DNA of 64,000 nt from a candidate division WOR-1 bacterium RIFOXYB2_FULL_45_9 (GTDB lineage: Bacteria > Margulisbacteria > WOR-1 > O2-12-FULL-45-9 > XYB2-FULL-48-7), in assembly GCA_001771575.1 (NCBI GenBank), contig MEUD01000001.1:991277-1055276 (forward strand), in the 5' to 3' direction. The notes below the pieces were generated by a model. The model searched no databases. It had not been told where the DNA came from and was given only the letters and a program-made list of their open reading frames with translations. Made by a program: the position numbers and the translations under genes. Positions 27,346-37,717 of this stretch are shown here, piece after piece. Each line of letters opens with the position of its first letter. Position 1 is the first letter of the stretch.

Positions 27346-29871
27346 ATGACTACACCGTTAGAAAGGGCCCAGATAAAATCAAGTTTATATTTAATGGACG
27401 TGGTCGGCTACATTGCTAAATCAATGACCGATCTTAACTCGGAATGCGGCGGCACAACCGGCGCCAATTGCGACAACGTCTGGAACGGCGATGATCCGGC
27501 GGCCACTAACATCCCAACATTTCTAAACCCTCATCGGCGGGAATTACGGACCATTTTCCCTGATCTGCCGGTCAATCCAACCCAAGACGACATCGAAAGG
27601 GTCATTCTTAACAGATCGAACACCAACAGCGATCTAAACGATGCTGTCACGAAAATAGAGGCCTCCAGCTTGCCGGTAAGGACCAAGGCGAAATTGACCG
27701 CCGCTCTGCATCTGATTGACGTGGTCGGTTACATCGCCACCGCGATGACCAATTTACCGCAAGAGAGGGAATGCGGCGATTCTTCAGTTAATGGCAAATG
27801 CGATGAAATTTGGAACGGCGATGATCCAGCCCAAAATGTCCCGGGAAGGATTAATCCAAACGCCTTAACTGTTAGGGCCCTGTTTGAAAAAGCAAGGACC
27901 TATCAGCAAGACCAGCTCCCCGATGGCATTGAGAAAGAATACCTAACCGATCCCGCCGGGACCCGCGACCTGGAAGGGGCCCTCTGCATCGTCGATAGCG
28001 CCAGATCGACCTGCCTTACTTTTGACGGCGTCACTCCGGGAGATATTAGGCCGGGGATCGCTAAAACTTTTAGAGTGAACGGGGCGACAAATGTACCGGA
28101 AGGATCAATAGTCCAAATTCTGAACGGCGACACCATTGAAGTCGACAACATTCCACTAAATAATCTTTCATTTTCCGTTACCCTGCCAGCTACCGCGCCA
28201 TTGGGCAAACGAACGGTCAGGATCATCAGCCGCGACACCTATTTTGTCGCGACCAAAGTTGACGCGATTGAGGTCAAATCGCCTGTTTCCGCCTTTTCCG
28301 TCAATCCTGCCTCGGTTCCCGCTGACGGAGCCTCTCACAATTTTACATTAACCAGCACAGCGGCTGGAGAAGATCTGCGCCCGGTACGCAAAGTTCGGAT
28401 CACCGGCAAAGACGGCACCGTCCTGGCCGAGGTTTCGGTCACACCCGCGATGATCTCCTCCGGTAATCGGACCATCACTGTCCCAACGGTTATGCCGCGC
28501 GACTTAAGCAAATACACCAACCCCAGCGCCAATAACTATGGCGCCACGATCACTCTGATAGGGGAAGGAGACCGAGTTCTTTCATCTAATACTTTAGGCG
28601 TCACTCGGGTCGCGGTCAGCACAGGGCTCCCTTCCTGGCGGCGATATATTGGGACCGAAGATACCCCGGGAATGGTCAACCCAAGCCTTAAACTAAACCT
28701 TGGCACTGTCCCCGGAGACAGCGCTCCGGTCACCCTTGGCTCCTATTCCAACTTTGGTCTCGCCCCGGTCGCTCTGGTCCGCGTGGTCGGACCCAACGGG
28801 ATCATCGAAAGCCCGCGCCTGGAAATTGTCGCCCCTCTTCAGGGGACCTTCGCCACCGATTTTGACGGCAACCGCTTTACCGACGCCGGCGCCGGAATCG
28901 GCATCCGCTACGCTATATTCCGCGGCTTACAGCCGGGAGCCTACGTTCTGGCCAGCGGGCGCAAAACTCACGCCGAAGACTCAACCCGCCAGTTCCCGAC
29001 TGGCGACGCGACCAACGCCACTTTTGGCCTCGCCTCCAGCGGCTTTATTGGCGACCGGGCGAGCTACGGGCTCTTCCTGGAACTCGATCGCGGAGCTTTT
29101 ACTCTAAACGATATCGAAGCTTACGGCGGCAATTACGATGGGACCCGCAGAGTTGTCCGAGCCGGCGGCCAGTTCCAATTCAATCCGGTCGGCCAGTTGC
29201 GCGTGACCGCGAGCGGGGCGTTTGCCCTTTGGGGTGAGCAATCTGCCCCCGACACCCTGGCTGGACAAGACTACTATGAAAGAATTGGCGCTCAAGCATT
29301 TGGTTTAAGAGGAGATTTCCCGAGCCACGCCTGGAAACCATACGCCCTGCTCAACATTGGGCGCGAAACCCTGGGAGACGGCGACTACGCGTGGAACACG
29401 GTCGCACTGACCAGTTTTAGCGTCGGAGGTCTTTTCTCATTGGGACGACCGGAAATTTGGGCCGGTCATTTCACGCCAAATCATTATGTTGACGAAAGCA
29501 GAAATTTCCTGCAACTCTCGTATTTCCCTGAATTCGGCGAAAGCCTGCCGGTCCTAGCGCCGCTAGGAGCTCATCTGCAGATCGCCGACAATGGTGGAGG
29601 AGTGACCGGAATGCTCACCTACGATCTGGTCAGAGGGGCGACCTCCTTGTTCTATGGAAGAGAAGTCTACAAAGGACAGAGCCGGGTAGGACCATATTCC
29701 GCTCCGCTTCTGCCAATGGGAACACCGGCCAGGTACCTGACGCCAAACAGCGCCTTGCCATCATTCCAGCGGCCGCTTAACGTCCGCGGAGCCAGTGTCC
29801 CGGCCAGCATTGACGCGTCAGTCAGAGTCGGCACCCCTGCCGCCACTGCGCCTGAAAAAAAAAGCCAGTAG
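27346..29871 (+). CDS. Large hypothetical protein: duplicated Cys-containing N-terminal module, Ig-like middle, beta-rich C-terminal roughly 350 aa; no signal peptide
   Basis: Internal repeat 'L.DVVGYIA.(S/A)MT(D/N)L..E..CG....G.CD..WNGDDPA' occurs twice. RBS AAGGAG. Starts 10 nt after the previous stop. Confidence 0.6.
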   Translation: MTTPLERAQIKSSLYLMDVVGYIAKSMTDLNSECGGTTGANCDNVWNGDDPAATNIPTFLNPHRRELRTIFPDLPVNPTQDDIERVILNRSNTNSDLNDAVTKIEASSLPVRTKAKLTAALHLIDVVGYIATAMTNLPQERECGDSSVNGKCDEIWNGDDPAQNVPGRINPNALTVRALFEKARTYQQDQLPDGIEKEYLTDPAGTRDLEGALCIVDSARSTCLTFDGVTPGDIRPGIAKTFRVNGATNVPEGSIVQILNGDTIEVDNIPLNNLSFSVTLPATAPLGKRTVRIISRDTYFVATKVDAIEVKSPVSAFSVNPASVPADGASHNFTLTSTAAGEDLRPVRKVRITGKDGTVLAEVSVTPAMISSGNRTITVPTVMPRDLSKYTNPSANNYGATITLIGEGDRVLSSNTLGVTRVAVSTGLPSWRRYIGTEDTPGMVNPSLKLNLGTVPGDSAPVTLGSYSNFGLAPVALVRVVGPNGIIESPRLEIVAPLQGTFATDFDGNRFTDAGAGIGIRYAIFRGLQPGAYVLASGRKTHAEDSTRQFPTGDATNATFGLASSGFIGDRASYGLFLELDRGAFTLNDIEAYGGNYDGTRRVVRAGGQFQFNPVGQLRVTASGAFALWGEQSAPDTLAGQDYYERIGAQAFGLRGDFPSHAWKPYALLNIGRETLGDGDYAWNTVALTSFSVGGLFSLGRPEIWAGHFTPNHYVDESRNFLQLSYFPEFGESLPVLAPLGAHLQIADNGGGVTGMLTYDLVRGATSLFYGREVYKGQSRVGPYSAPLLPMGTPARYLTPNSALPSFQRPLNVRGASVPASIDASVRVGTPAATAPEKKSQ

Positions 29872-29936
29872 ATAGGCCGGCTCCCGCGCCAATCAGCACA
29901 AGCGCCCCGGTTAGCCCACTGCCGCCGCGGCCGACC

Positions 29937-30530
29937 ATGCCGCTGGCTATAGCCATTGACCAGAAAGTCAAGTATGTTAACGGCACCGGCCAAGAAGAGA
30001 CTGTTTTCACTATCGCCAGCCGCCCTGGTGAAGAGTTCCTTCGCCTTCGTTTTGCCGGCAGTGACAGACCTCATTTTTACCCTATTACCCAGCGCAATGT
30101 CGGCGCCAATGCCGACGCGGTTGATGTTGACATCAACCAGCCGATCGATGCCGGCTTAGCGACACAAGATGACGGGCCAGTCCTCATCACCCCTCTCCCT
30201 GGCCAAAGCTCTACACAAGAAGTCGGCTACGTCAGTGACCGCCGTAAAAGAGAACGGGCCATTAACTTAGTCAGACAGGCATTAAGCAGGCTGGCCGGCC
30301 GTGGCAATTTAGAGTTGAAGATCGATGTCAACAGAGATGGAAGGTTAACCCTGAAATCGGCAACCATCCCTCACGGCAGTCGATGGCGTAACGAAGACGG
30401 TTCGGAAACGATCCCAACGGCGGAAATCTCAAGATTGCTGAATACAATAACTTTTCCCGAGGATTTGAGAGGAAACGCGGCAAACCCGGTCATTACGTTT
30501 ACCGTGTCAATCACCAAGATCGTCCAATAA
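29937..30530 (+). CDS. Hypothetical protein
   Basis: ORF only. No recognizable motif. Convergent with the next gene. Confidence 0.35.
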   Translation: MPLAIAIDQKVKYVNGTGQEETVFTIASRPGEEFLRLRFAGSDRPHFYPITQRNVGANADAVDVDINQPIDAGLATQDDGPVLITPLPGQSSTQEVGYVSDRRKRERAINLVRQALSRLAGRGNLELKIDVNRDGRLTLKSATIPHGSRWRNEDGSETIPTAEISRLLNTITFPEDLRGNAANPVITFTVSITKIVQ

Positions 30531-30578
30531 TTATGCGGGGCAAGGGCATCAGCCGAACGGCTTGTTCCTGCGTTTGAT

Positions 30579-31682
30579 TTACCGCCGCCGCAGGGCGGCA
30601 AAGGTAGTTTCGTATCGGTTAGAAGCGTTCCAGACGAGAAAACTGTCAACCCCCAGTTCTTTGGCCGCCCTAACCTGTTCCAAGATGTAGTTTGGCCCAT
30701 AATTGGGAGAACGGAGGTTGAATCCCTGGATCCACGGGACCAGGGTCGTCGCTTCACCGGACAAAATATCCAGCGATTTCTTCACTCCCTGGCTCATGAA
30801 ATGATAAGGATAGTTTCCCGGGTTGGCATAACCGTCATAGCCGGCATGAAAATGCGATGGATAGAGCATTGGCGACAGCACATCCAGGTAAGCAGCCATC
30901 TTTTTTAAGTCCTGCCCCAGATTTTTTATATCAACCGGCTGCTGCCAGGCGGCGATCCCAAAAATGTCGACCGCCAGAGAAACATTGTAGCGGTTAAGCC
31001 GCTTTTTTACTCCCGCTAAAAATTCGCAAATGGTATCGACCCGGCTGACCCCTTCTTTCTTGTGCGGGTAATAAGCGTTTTTGGCCCGCCCTTCAGCCGG
31101 GAAGCGGATGTAATCGAACTGGACCTCGTCTACCCCGGAAGCAGCCGCCCGCTCGGCCACCAGCTCATTGTAGAGCCTGACCTCATCGGAGTATGGATCG
31201 CCCCACTTCCCCCCCTTTAGATCGCGGTAATAGTCTCCCCCGGGGAGTTTGATCGCCAGGTCCGGCCTGGTCAAGGCCAGGTGATCGTCCTTAAAGACCA
31301 CCAGCCGGGCAGAGACAATAAAGCCCTGCTCGTGGAGTTTGGCGGTAAGTTCAGAGAGCCAGGGATCGGCAGTCGCGACAGTTTTCTCGGTCAACCCTCT
31401 CTTTTTGAGCAATTCCAGAAGGGGCGGGGTCAGGGCAAATTTAGCATCTACCACGATCGTATTGAGCCCGCAAGCTTTGGCCTGGGCAAGCAAGTGATCG
31501 AGCATTTTTGGGGTCCGTGCGACATACCAGGTAATATATATCCCTTTGTCGGATTTCTTTTTGACCTTCAGCGGGAGGTCGGGGTGGTCGCTACTCACCG
31601 CCGCTCTCTGAAACAATAAGGGAAAAAGCAACAGCAGAGAGATGGCAACGACCGCGCAGACGGCGTACACATACTTCTTCAT
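30579..31682 (-). CDS. Putative glycoside-hydrolase-like TIM-barrel protein (DUF4015/GHL-type), N-terminal signal/anchor
   Basis: 'MKKYVYAVCAVVAISLLLLFPLLF' N-terminus. 'EVQFDYIRFP' and overall similarity to DUF4015-type hypothetical glycosidases (recalled, not searched). Confidence 0.5.
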   Translation of the reverse strand: MKKYVYAVCAVVAISLLLLFPLLFQRAAVSSDHPDLPLKVKKKSDKGIYITWYVARTPKMLDHLLAQAKACGLNTIVVDAKFALTPPLLELLKKRGLTEKTVATADPWLSELTAKLHEQGFIVSARLVVFKDDHLALTRPDLAIKLPGGDYYRDLKGGKWGDPYSDEVRLYNELVAERAAASGVDEVQFDYIRFPAEGRAKNAYYPHKKEGVSRVDTICEFLAGVKKRLNRYNVSLAVDIFGIAAWQQPVDIKNLGQDLKKMAAYLDVLSPMLYPSHFHAGYDGYANPGNYPYHFMSQGVKKSLDILSGEATTLVPWIQGFNLRSPNYGPNYILEQVRAAKELGVDSFLVWNASNRYETTFAALRRR

Positions 31683-31760
31683 GCCAGTATTGTAGCATGA
31701 CGGCGCCCCATTGACGCGGCCCCGGTTTCATGAGAAAATTTCCCCGGAGAGTGATAAATA

Positions 31761-32231
31761 ATGGCAAATCCAATTATCATGGTTGTGGACGACGAGGTTG
31801 ATGTCGCTAACGTTATTTCCGACACTATCAGGGACACCGGCAAATACGAGGTCTTGACCGCCTACTCCGCCAAAGACGCGCTCGACAAACTGAACAAGAA
31901 CAGGAGCTTTCTCGGCCTTGGCGGAAACAAGATCAGGTTGGTCTTCCTGGACATTAAGATGCCGGAAGTCGACGGTCTTCAGCTCCTGGAAAAGATCCGC
32001 AAAGACTACGGCGAAGATATCGGCATCTCGATGCTGACCGCCTGGGAAGACGAGGAAAAATGGGACCGCGCCACCTCCGGCTTTGTCGTCAACTACATCA
32101 AGAAACCGTTCAAAGGCGACGAGCTTATCGCTACCGTCGAAAAGTTTTTTGAAGGGAAAGACACCAGCATGGTCCTGAACACCTTTGAAAAGCACATCGA
32201 GAAACGGGAAGAGTTTAAGAAGAAGGGATAA
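31761..32231 (+). CDS. Single-domain response regulator (CheY-like receiver)
   Basis: 'IIMVVDDEVDV', phospho-acceptor context 'VFLDIKMPEVDG', and 'KKPF' Lys. Confidence 0.85.
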   Translation: MANPIIMVVDDEVDVANVISDTIRDTGKYEVLTAYSAKDALDKLNKNRSFLGLGGNKIRLVFLDIKMPEVDGLQLLEKIRKDYGEDIGISMLTAWEDEEKWDRATSGFVVNYIKKPFKGDELIATVEKFFEGKDTSMVLNTFEKHIEKREEFKKKG

Positions 32232-32290
32232 GCGGCCTAATCACTAACCCTCACCCAAGTTTGAGATAACGCTAGGGCTTCGTTTAACGC

Positions 32291-32318
32291 CCTCTCCCAG
32301 AGGGAGAGGGTTTCTTCC
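32291..32318. terminator. Bidirectional rho-independent terminator between convergent RR and HK genes
   Basis: 'ccctctccc agag ggagaggg' followed by TTTCTTCC. Confidence 0.55.
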
Positions 32319-32323
32319 TGCCC

Positions 32324-34468
32324 CTAAAACGTCAGCCTGAACGTGCTCCCCTTCCCTACTTCGCTGTCGACGGAAATATCACCGTCATGTTCGCGGATTA
32401 TCCGATAAACGATCGACAGTCCCAGCCCCACCCCCTCGTGCCTGGTAGAAAAGAATGGGTCAAAAATCTTCTCTCTCAATTCCGGCGGGACCCCTTTGCC
32501 GGTATCGCTGACCTCGACCACCACCCGGTTGTTCTCCTGGAAAGTCTTCACCATGATCTTCCCCCCCTGGGGCATCGACTCGATCGCGTTCTGGAAGAGG
32601 TTGATAAAAACCTCCTGCAGGGCCTCGGGATCGCCGGAAATTTTGGGGATCTCCATTAGATCTTTTTCCAGCTGGACCTTGCCAAAGGAAATCAGGACCA
32701 AAGAGGCTTCGATCATTTCGTTAAGGTCGACCGGCTTCCTCTCTTTCTTCTTCTCTTTGGCCAAGTCGAGCATCCGGTTGACGATGCCGGAGATCCTATC
32801 GATATGCCGCAGGGTCAGGTCGCGGAAGTTCTTCAGATATTCCAGGTCACGGGACTGATTGGCCAGCCGCTCCGTTTCTCCGCGGATGACGGTCAGGGGA
32901 TTCCTGATCTCGTGAGTCACACCGGCGGTCAGGGTTCCGAGCGAGGCGAGCCGCTGTGAGCGCTCCAGTTGGCGCTCCACCGCTTCCAAGTCGGTCCTGA
33001 TCTTTTCATACGATCGGGTGTGGTCAAGGGCCATGGCCGCCTGGTTGGCCAGGACCTGAAGCAGACGAAGATCTTCGTCGGTGTAGGCGTCTTCAGAGAG
33101 CTTGCGCCCCAGGGCGAAAAAGCCGATCAGCCTGCTCTCCAGGATGCAGGGGACGACCAGCGCTGATTCGATCTCCTTGACGTCAAAGAGGGGCCCTCTT
33201 TTTTTGATCATTTCCGCGATGAACGGAGAGTCGACAGGCACGGCGCAGGTATTCGGCTGGGGGGCGCAGTCGACCCGATCATAGACCAAATAGCAGGTCG
33301 ATTTCATTTCCAGCTCCGAAAAGTGCTCGGGGAGATAGATCTTCGGCTCGGAGATCTCGACGACGTTGTAAAAGGTGCTGTAGAGGACCTTGAGGATCTC
33401 GGTCAACGACATTTTTTCCCCGACCTTGCTTGTCGCGTCGGAGAGCTCACGGTAATAATTGTATTTCCCCCGGAGGAACAATTTATCCGAGGTCGTCTGG
33501 ACAAAGATCCGGAGGTTGTGATGGGTTTGGCCGACAAAGATCCCGTAGATCACCGTCAGGCTCAAAAAGACCCAGCCGATATTCGAACCCACGTAAGCCA
33601 GGTATCCCCAGACCAGGAGAAGATACATCGTGGCGTGAAGGCCGATCGTTATTATTTCGGCAAAAAACCGGCTGATAACGATCGAGATATCAAGAAGGTG
33701 GTGCTTGGTGATCGCGTAAGCGGTAAAAGCGACAAATATTAATGAAAACCATGAGCCCATCCACGCCAAAGAAGCGATTCCCACCAATAAAAGCAGTAAA
33801 TTTGTAATTACAAAACCAAGCACGGAAATAAACGCTCCAACCAAAAAATAAAAGAGGCGCAGTTTTTCTAAATTGTTGGCGTGAAAATAACTCTGCGCCA
33901 AGTTAAACAAAACCAGGCCGATATAAGAGATTATGTAAAAAGCAAAAATGCCATATCCACCACCGGCCAAAGGCGTTCTTGTTCCTTTGTCCAAAATAAT
34001 CCCTTTTATAATAAATGCCGGATCCACCAATATAGCGACGATTAACAACAAGGGGAGAATCAACAAAAGAGCCTTGCTTGTTTGCGTAAAATACGGCTTA
34101 CGCTGGGGAAAAACCATAGTAAACATCATCAAAAAAAAGGTCATTAAAATCGCGGCGATATACACATACCAATCGCACCAAAACAATGTCGTTCTTGGAA
34201 AAGCATTAATTATTATTGACGCTAATAAATTCCAAGAAGCCAAGAATAATAAAAAATGAAAGAAATAAAGATTGATCAGGCTGTGCGAATTATTAATGAC
34301 AATAAAACAACCAAGCAATATTTGCGAGAGAACCAGGTAATAACTAGGCAGATAGATTAAATCTAATTTATAAAAAAAGACAAACACGGTGCCAACAACA
34401 GCGGCAACAATAAACATAGCCAGCATAAGGCTCAGCAACTGCTTATTGATTTCCGGTTTTAAGGCCAT
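32324..34468 (-). CDS. Sensor histidine kinase with multi-TM N-terminal sensor domain
   Basis: About 8 predicted TM helices. HisKA 'GVTHEIRNPLTVIRGE'. HATPase 'DTGKGVPPELREKIFDPFFSTRHEGVGLGLSIV'. Confidence 0.85.
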   Translation of the reverse strand: MALKPEINKQLLSLMLAMFIVAAVVGTVFVFFYKLDLIYLPSYYLVLSQILLGCFIVINNSHSLINLYFFHFLLFLASWNLLASIIINAFPRTTLFWCDWYVYIAAILMTFFLMMFTMVFPQRKPYFTQTSKALLLILPLLLIVAILVDPAFIIKGIILDKGTRTPLAGGGYGIFAFYIISYIGLVLFNLAQSYFHANNLEKLRLFYFLVGAFISVLGFVITNLLLLLVGIASLAWMGSWFSLIFVAFTAYAITKHHLLDISIVISRFFAEIITIGLHATMYLLLVWGYLAYVGSNIGWVFLSLTVIYGIFVGQTHHNLRIFVQTTSDKLFLRGKYNYYRELSDATSKVGEKMSLTEILKVLYSTFYNVVEISEPKIYLPEHFSELEMKSTCYLVYDRVDCAPQPNTCAVPVDSPFIAEMIKKRGPLFDVKEIESALVVPCILESRLIGFFALGRKLSEDAYTDEDLRLLQVLANQAAMALDHTRSYEKIRTDLEAVERQLERSQRLASLGTLTAGVTHEIRNPLTVIRGETERLANQSRDLEYLKNFRDLTLRHIDRISGIVNRMLDLAKEKKKERKPVDLNEMIEASLVLISFGKVQLEKDLMEIPKISGDPEALQEVFINLFQNAIESMPQGGKIMVKTFQENNRVVVEVSDTGKGVPPELREKIFDPFFSTRHEGVGLGLSIVYRIIREHDGDISVDSEVGKGSTFRLTF

Positions 34469-34489
34469 GATCCGGTATTATAACCCGAA

Positions 34490-35281
34490 TTAACGCGGCA
34501 ATCTATCAAAAATAAAGGTGTGATTCTGCCCGGCGTAAGTATAGTAAGGTTCTCTAACGGAAAACGGATAAGGGGAGGCGCGCCGCGCTCCTTCGATGAC
34601 CTCTGCCCATTGCCGGACCGACCAGAAATGGGATTCAATTTTGTAACTGTGTCTTAGAACCAGTTGAAAAGGAAGCAGGAGGGCGTAGTTGTAGACGGCG
34701 CGCGTGGCATGGCCCGCGAGCGCCAAACCGCCGATCACCTGCCCATAGCGGGAAAAATAACGCTCTTTCATGGCCGCCAAATGTTCCTTGAAAATCGCCG
34801 AAGAGCTTGCCGCTTCTTTGGGGTTTGTCATTAAGAAAGAACCGCCGGGCTTTAGCAAACGCATTACTTCAACCAGGGTTTTTTGCGGATCACTGACCAG
34901 ATAGAACGAATTGTTCGCCAAGATCCCGTCAAATGCCCCATCCGGGAAAGGCAGGGTTGTCCCCATGTCTCTTTGCTGAAACGAAACATTATTCAACCCG
35001 CCAAAATCACTCTTTTTACGGGCTCTTTCCAATGCGTAAAGAGAAGTATCAACTCCCAACGCTCCACCATTCGAGCCTAAAAGCCGACCGATTGCTAAGG
35101 TTGAATTGCCGGAACCGCAACCTAGGTCAAGATAATAACCTGAAGGCTTAACAACCATCTGCCTAGCCCCTTCCACTAATAAATGCTTATAAGGTTCCGA
35201 CTGGTTCCGATCGTAAACCTTGAAATAAAGCCGCCAAAAATGCTTATTAAGACTATTAATTATCATCTTTTTAAAGACCAC
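34490..35281 (-). CDS. Class I SAM-dependent methyltransferase (small-molecule type)
   Basis: 'LDLGCGSGNST' motif I and 'LLKPGGSFLM'. Confidence 0.75.
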   Translation of the reverse strand: MVFKKMIINSLNKHFWRLYFKVYDRNQSEPYKHLLVEGARQMVVKPSGYYLDLGCGSGNSTLAIGRLLGSNGGALGVDTSLYALERARKKSDFGGLNNVSFQQRDMGTTLPFPDGAFDGILANNSFYLVSDPQKTLVEVMRLLKPGGSFLMTNPKEAASSSAIFKEHLAAMKERYFSRYGQVIGGLALAGHATRAVYNYALLLPFQLVLRHSYKIESHFWSVRQWAEVIEGARRASPYPFSVREPYYTYAGQNHTFIFDRLPR

Positions 35282-37560
35282 CCAAACATTTTTCGCTTTA
35301 GTCGCCCCAAGGCCAATTCAATCATTGTTTTTAATCCAACCCATAATGTATAATACGCGACCATATGGATGCGGCCATTTTCGCCAACCTTTGTTTTAAG
35401 CATTTCTCTCAATTGGGCATCTTGTTTTTTTCCAAAAACTACAACCCCAGCTTCTTCTTCATCAATAGCTATTCTTCCACCGTAAGCGTTTGTTTCAATA
35501 CCGGAATCATCCGCCTTGCCTTGCGATCCTTGTTCAATAATTAATTTTTGCTCTTCGGTCAATTCTTTTCCATTAATTGTTTTTATTAAAGAAAAGTTAC
35601 TCATCCGGCTAAAATCTTTAATCACTCGTAAACTTTGACTGGTAGCGTAGACTGGAATACCTCTTGTAAGTGCCAGCCAAAACCCTCTAAAAATACCATT
35701 CTCATACCAATACTTATACAACAACCTTCTACCAATCTCATTCGTTATTGCAACTTGCAGTTTTTTCCCTCGGGCAACTTCTCTAATCATGGCCGCTGGA
35801 ATTTTCATGGCAACCACGCGCTTCTTTCCAATGTTTACTTCTATTAGATTAAATGACACAATCCCTAAAATGTCATGTTCATTCCCAGGAAGACCCTCAA
35901 TCAAAACTGTGTATCGTGGATTAACGGTCCTTTCCATCATTGGTTCGTCTTCAAGAGACAAAGACGCGATCATTTCTTCTTTGGTCTTCCCTTCAGCTAT
36001 TTTGGTCTTTTCATAAACCGCTAAAACGGTCTCCCTCATCCAACTGAGAAACCCTCTTAAATGGTCTCTTAATTTTGGATAAGGGTATTCAAATATCCTT
36101 ACTCTTTGACCTTGAATATCTCTAATTTCGCCCTTTTCCAAAACTTCCATTTTTTCTTCCATGGTCAATTGGGGGGCCAGATCGTAACCCGTCCTCTGAC
36201 TTCCATTCACAACCAGAGAGACCACGCTAAAGCCAACCTGGGTCATTTTAATTTTACGACTCCCGGTGTCTTCTTCTTTGGCGATCGAGCGCTCTTCCGC
36301 TTGCCAGACCTCCGTGATCAGCCGCCCGCCGCAGATCTCCGAAATTCGCTGGGCGACCTCCCGCAAGACCATGCTGTGCAGTTTTGAGGCGACGTCCTGG
36401 ATCCGGTTGTTGGCGGAGATCGGCTCCGCAGTCATCAAGGCGGGATATCTTTCCGCTAAAGCCCGGGCCCTTTCGCTGTCAGGAAGGCGGTTGGAGGCGG
36501 TCCAGATCGCCCAGAGGCTGTGCTTCCTCTTCATGACCGGGTCGCCTTCAAAGCGGTGTTCGGCCTGGTCGGAGGTGTAAGGAAAAACACCGTAGACCAA
36601 TTTTCCGGGATTGTCTTCCGGCAAAACGTAAAACTGGTGGTCGGCCTCGATCGAAGCAAGGTCTGTGATCGCCTCTTCGCCGCGTCCCGCGCCATGCAGG
36701 GCCTTTTCCGCCTTCAGATCGACAACCGACAGGGTCCGGCCGTTTTGAACATAGCGGCGCTCCGCCTCGGCGTTTATTTTTCTCAAGTCGATCCATTCAC
36801 CCTGATAGTGCGAATCAGCCTTGTCGCCGTCGCCGCTGCTGATCGCCAAAGTCGCTTTGCCGCTTTCCTTATCGTAGAGATAGACCCGGGAGTTTCCCCA
36901 AAGGATATCCAGGGTCTGCGCCGCCAGATTGACCACTTCATGGAGGGTATAAACCCCCTGAAGGGCCCGGCGGAGGCTCATGACCGAGCCATTGACCTTC
37001 ATCTGGGTCGTTTTGCTCGAGATCCATTCCACCTGATCGACGATCTCGAACCGCTCGGCCGACTGATCCTCGACCAGACGGACCATATTCTCGCTAAGCA
37101 GGTGGTTAAATAAGGCGTGGTGATCGACGGTAAAGCTCCCCATGGAGCAGTAGTTAAAGAATTGTTCGCGGGTAAAGGTCCCATTATCCCGGCGGGTCAG
37201 TTCCCTGATGAGCCGGACCATCCTTTTGGCTTCACCGGTCAAATGCCCGGGGGCAGTGTCGCTCTTGCTCAACGGGACCCGGTTGGTCATCTGGACCTGC
37301 AAATATTGGTAATTCAACATCTCCGGCCTTTCCGGATTGATCCCGGAAGCGGCCAGAGCGGGCGCAAAACCTGGAGAGAAGCAATCGGTATCGATCAAAC
37401 GATCGACGATCGAACTGATCAGATGGTAATAAATCCCTGCCGGGAGATATTTCCACCCCGCCCGATCAGGGAAAGTAACCCTGGCGCCGGTTTTTTGGGC
37501 GGCTAAACGTTCCCGCCCAAAATCGCAATAAGCTCTGCCGAGAGAGGAAATTTTTGCCAT
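35263..37560 (-). CDS. Hypothetical roughly 765-aa protein
   Basis: The track ORF extends to 37650. ATG 37560 (MAKISSLG) has an AAGGA RBS. No recognizable motifs. Overlaps the MTase start by 19 nt. Confidence 0.5.
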   Translation of the reverse strand: MAKISSLGRAYCDFGRERLAAQKTGARVTFPDRAGWKYLPAGIYYHLISSIVDRLIDTDCFSPGFAPALAASGINPERPEMLNYQYLQVQMTNRVPLSKSDTAPGHLTGEAKRMVRLIRELTRRDNGTFTREQFFNYCSMGSFTVDHHALFNHLLSENMVRLVEDQSAERFEIVDQVEWISSKTTQMKVNGSVMSLRRALQGVYTLHEVVNLAAQTLDILWGNSRVYLYDKESGKATLAISSGDGDKADSHYQGEWIDLRKINAEAERRYVQNGRTLSVVDLKAEKALHGAGRGEEAITDLASIEADHQFYVLPEDNPGKLVYGVFPYTSDQAEHRFEGDPVMKRKHSLWAIWTASNRLPDSERARALAERYPALMTAEPISANNRIQDVASKLHSMVLREVAQRISEICGGRLITEVWQAEERSIAKEEDTGSRKIKMTQVGFSVVSLVVNGSQRTGYDLAPQLTMEEKMEVLEKGEIRDIQGQRVRIFEYPYPKLRDHLRGFLSWMRETVLAVYEKTKIAEGKTKEEMIASLSLEDEPMMERTVNPRYTVLIEGLPGNEHDILGIVSFNLIEVNIGKKRVVAMKIPAAMIREVARGKKLQVAITNEIGRRLLYKYWYENGIFRGFWLALTRGIPVYATSQSLRVIKDFSRMSNFSLIKTINGKELTEEQKLIIEQGSQGKADDSGIETNAYGGRIAIDEEEAGVVVFGKKQDAQLREMLKTKVGENGRIHMVAYYTLWVGLKTMIELALGRLKRKMFGWSLKR

Positions 37561-37717
37561 TAAAGAATTCCTTTTTTGTTTTGTGTCGCTTAAGTTATTT
37601 AACCGCAGAATTAATTCCGCAGTTAGACAGGCAATTGAGTCTGTGTCCAACTAATTCTCGATAATTAAAGGGGAAAATTTCACTTAAATTGGGAAAAGTG
37701 AGTGGCAGGTCAGGTAG

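Noticed and set aside
27346-29871. Classical autotransporter
   Set aside because: No N-terminal signal peptide, and the C-terminus does not end in the aromatic terminal residue typical of type V barrels.
33948-34259. AT-rich 103-aa plus-strand ORF
   Set aside because: It lies within the TM-coding part of the histidine kinase on the other strand.
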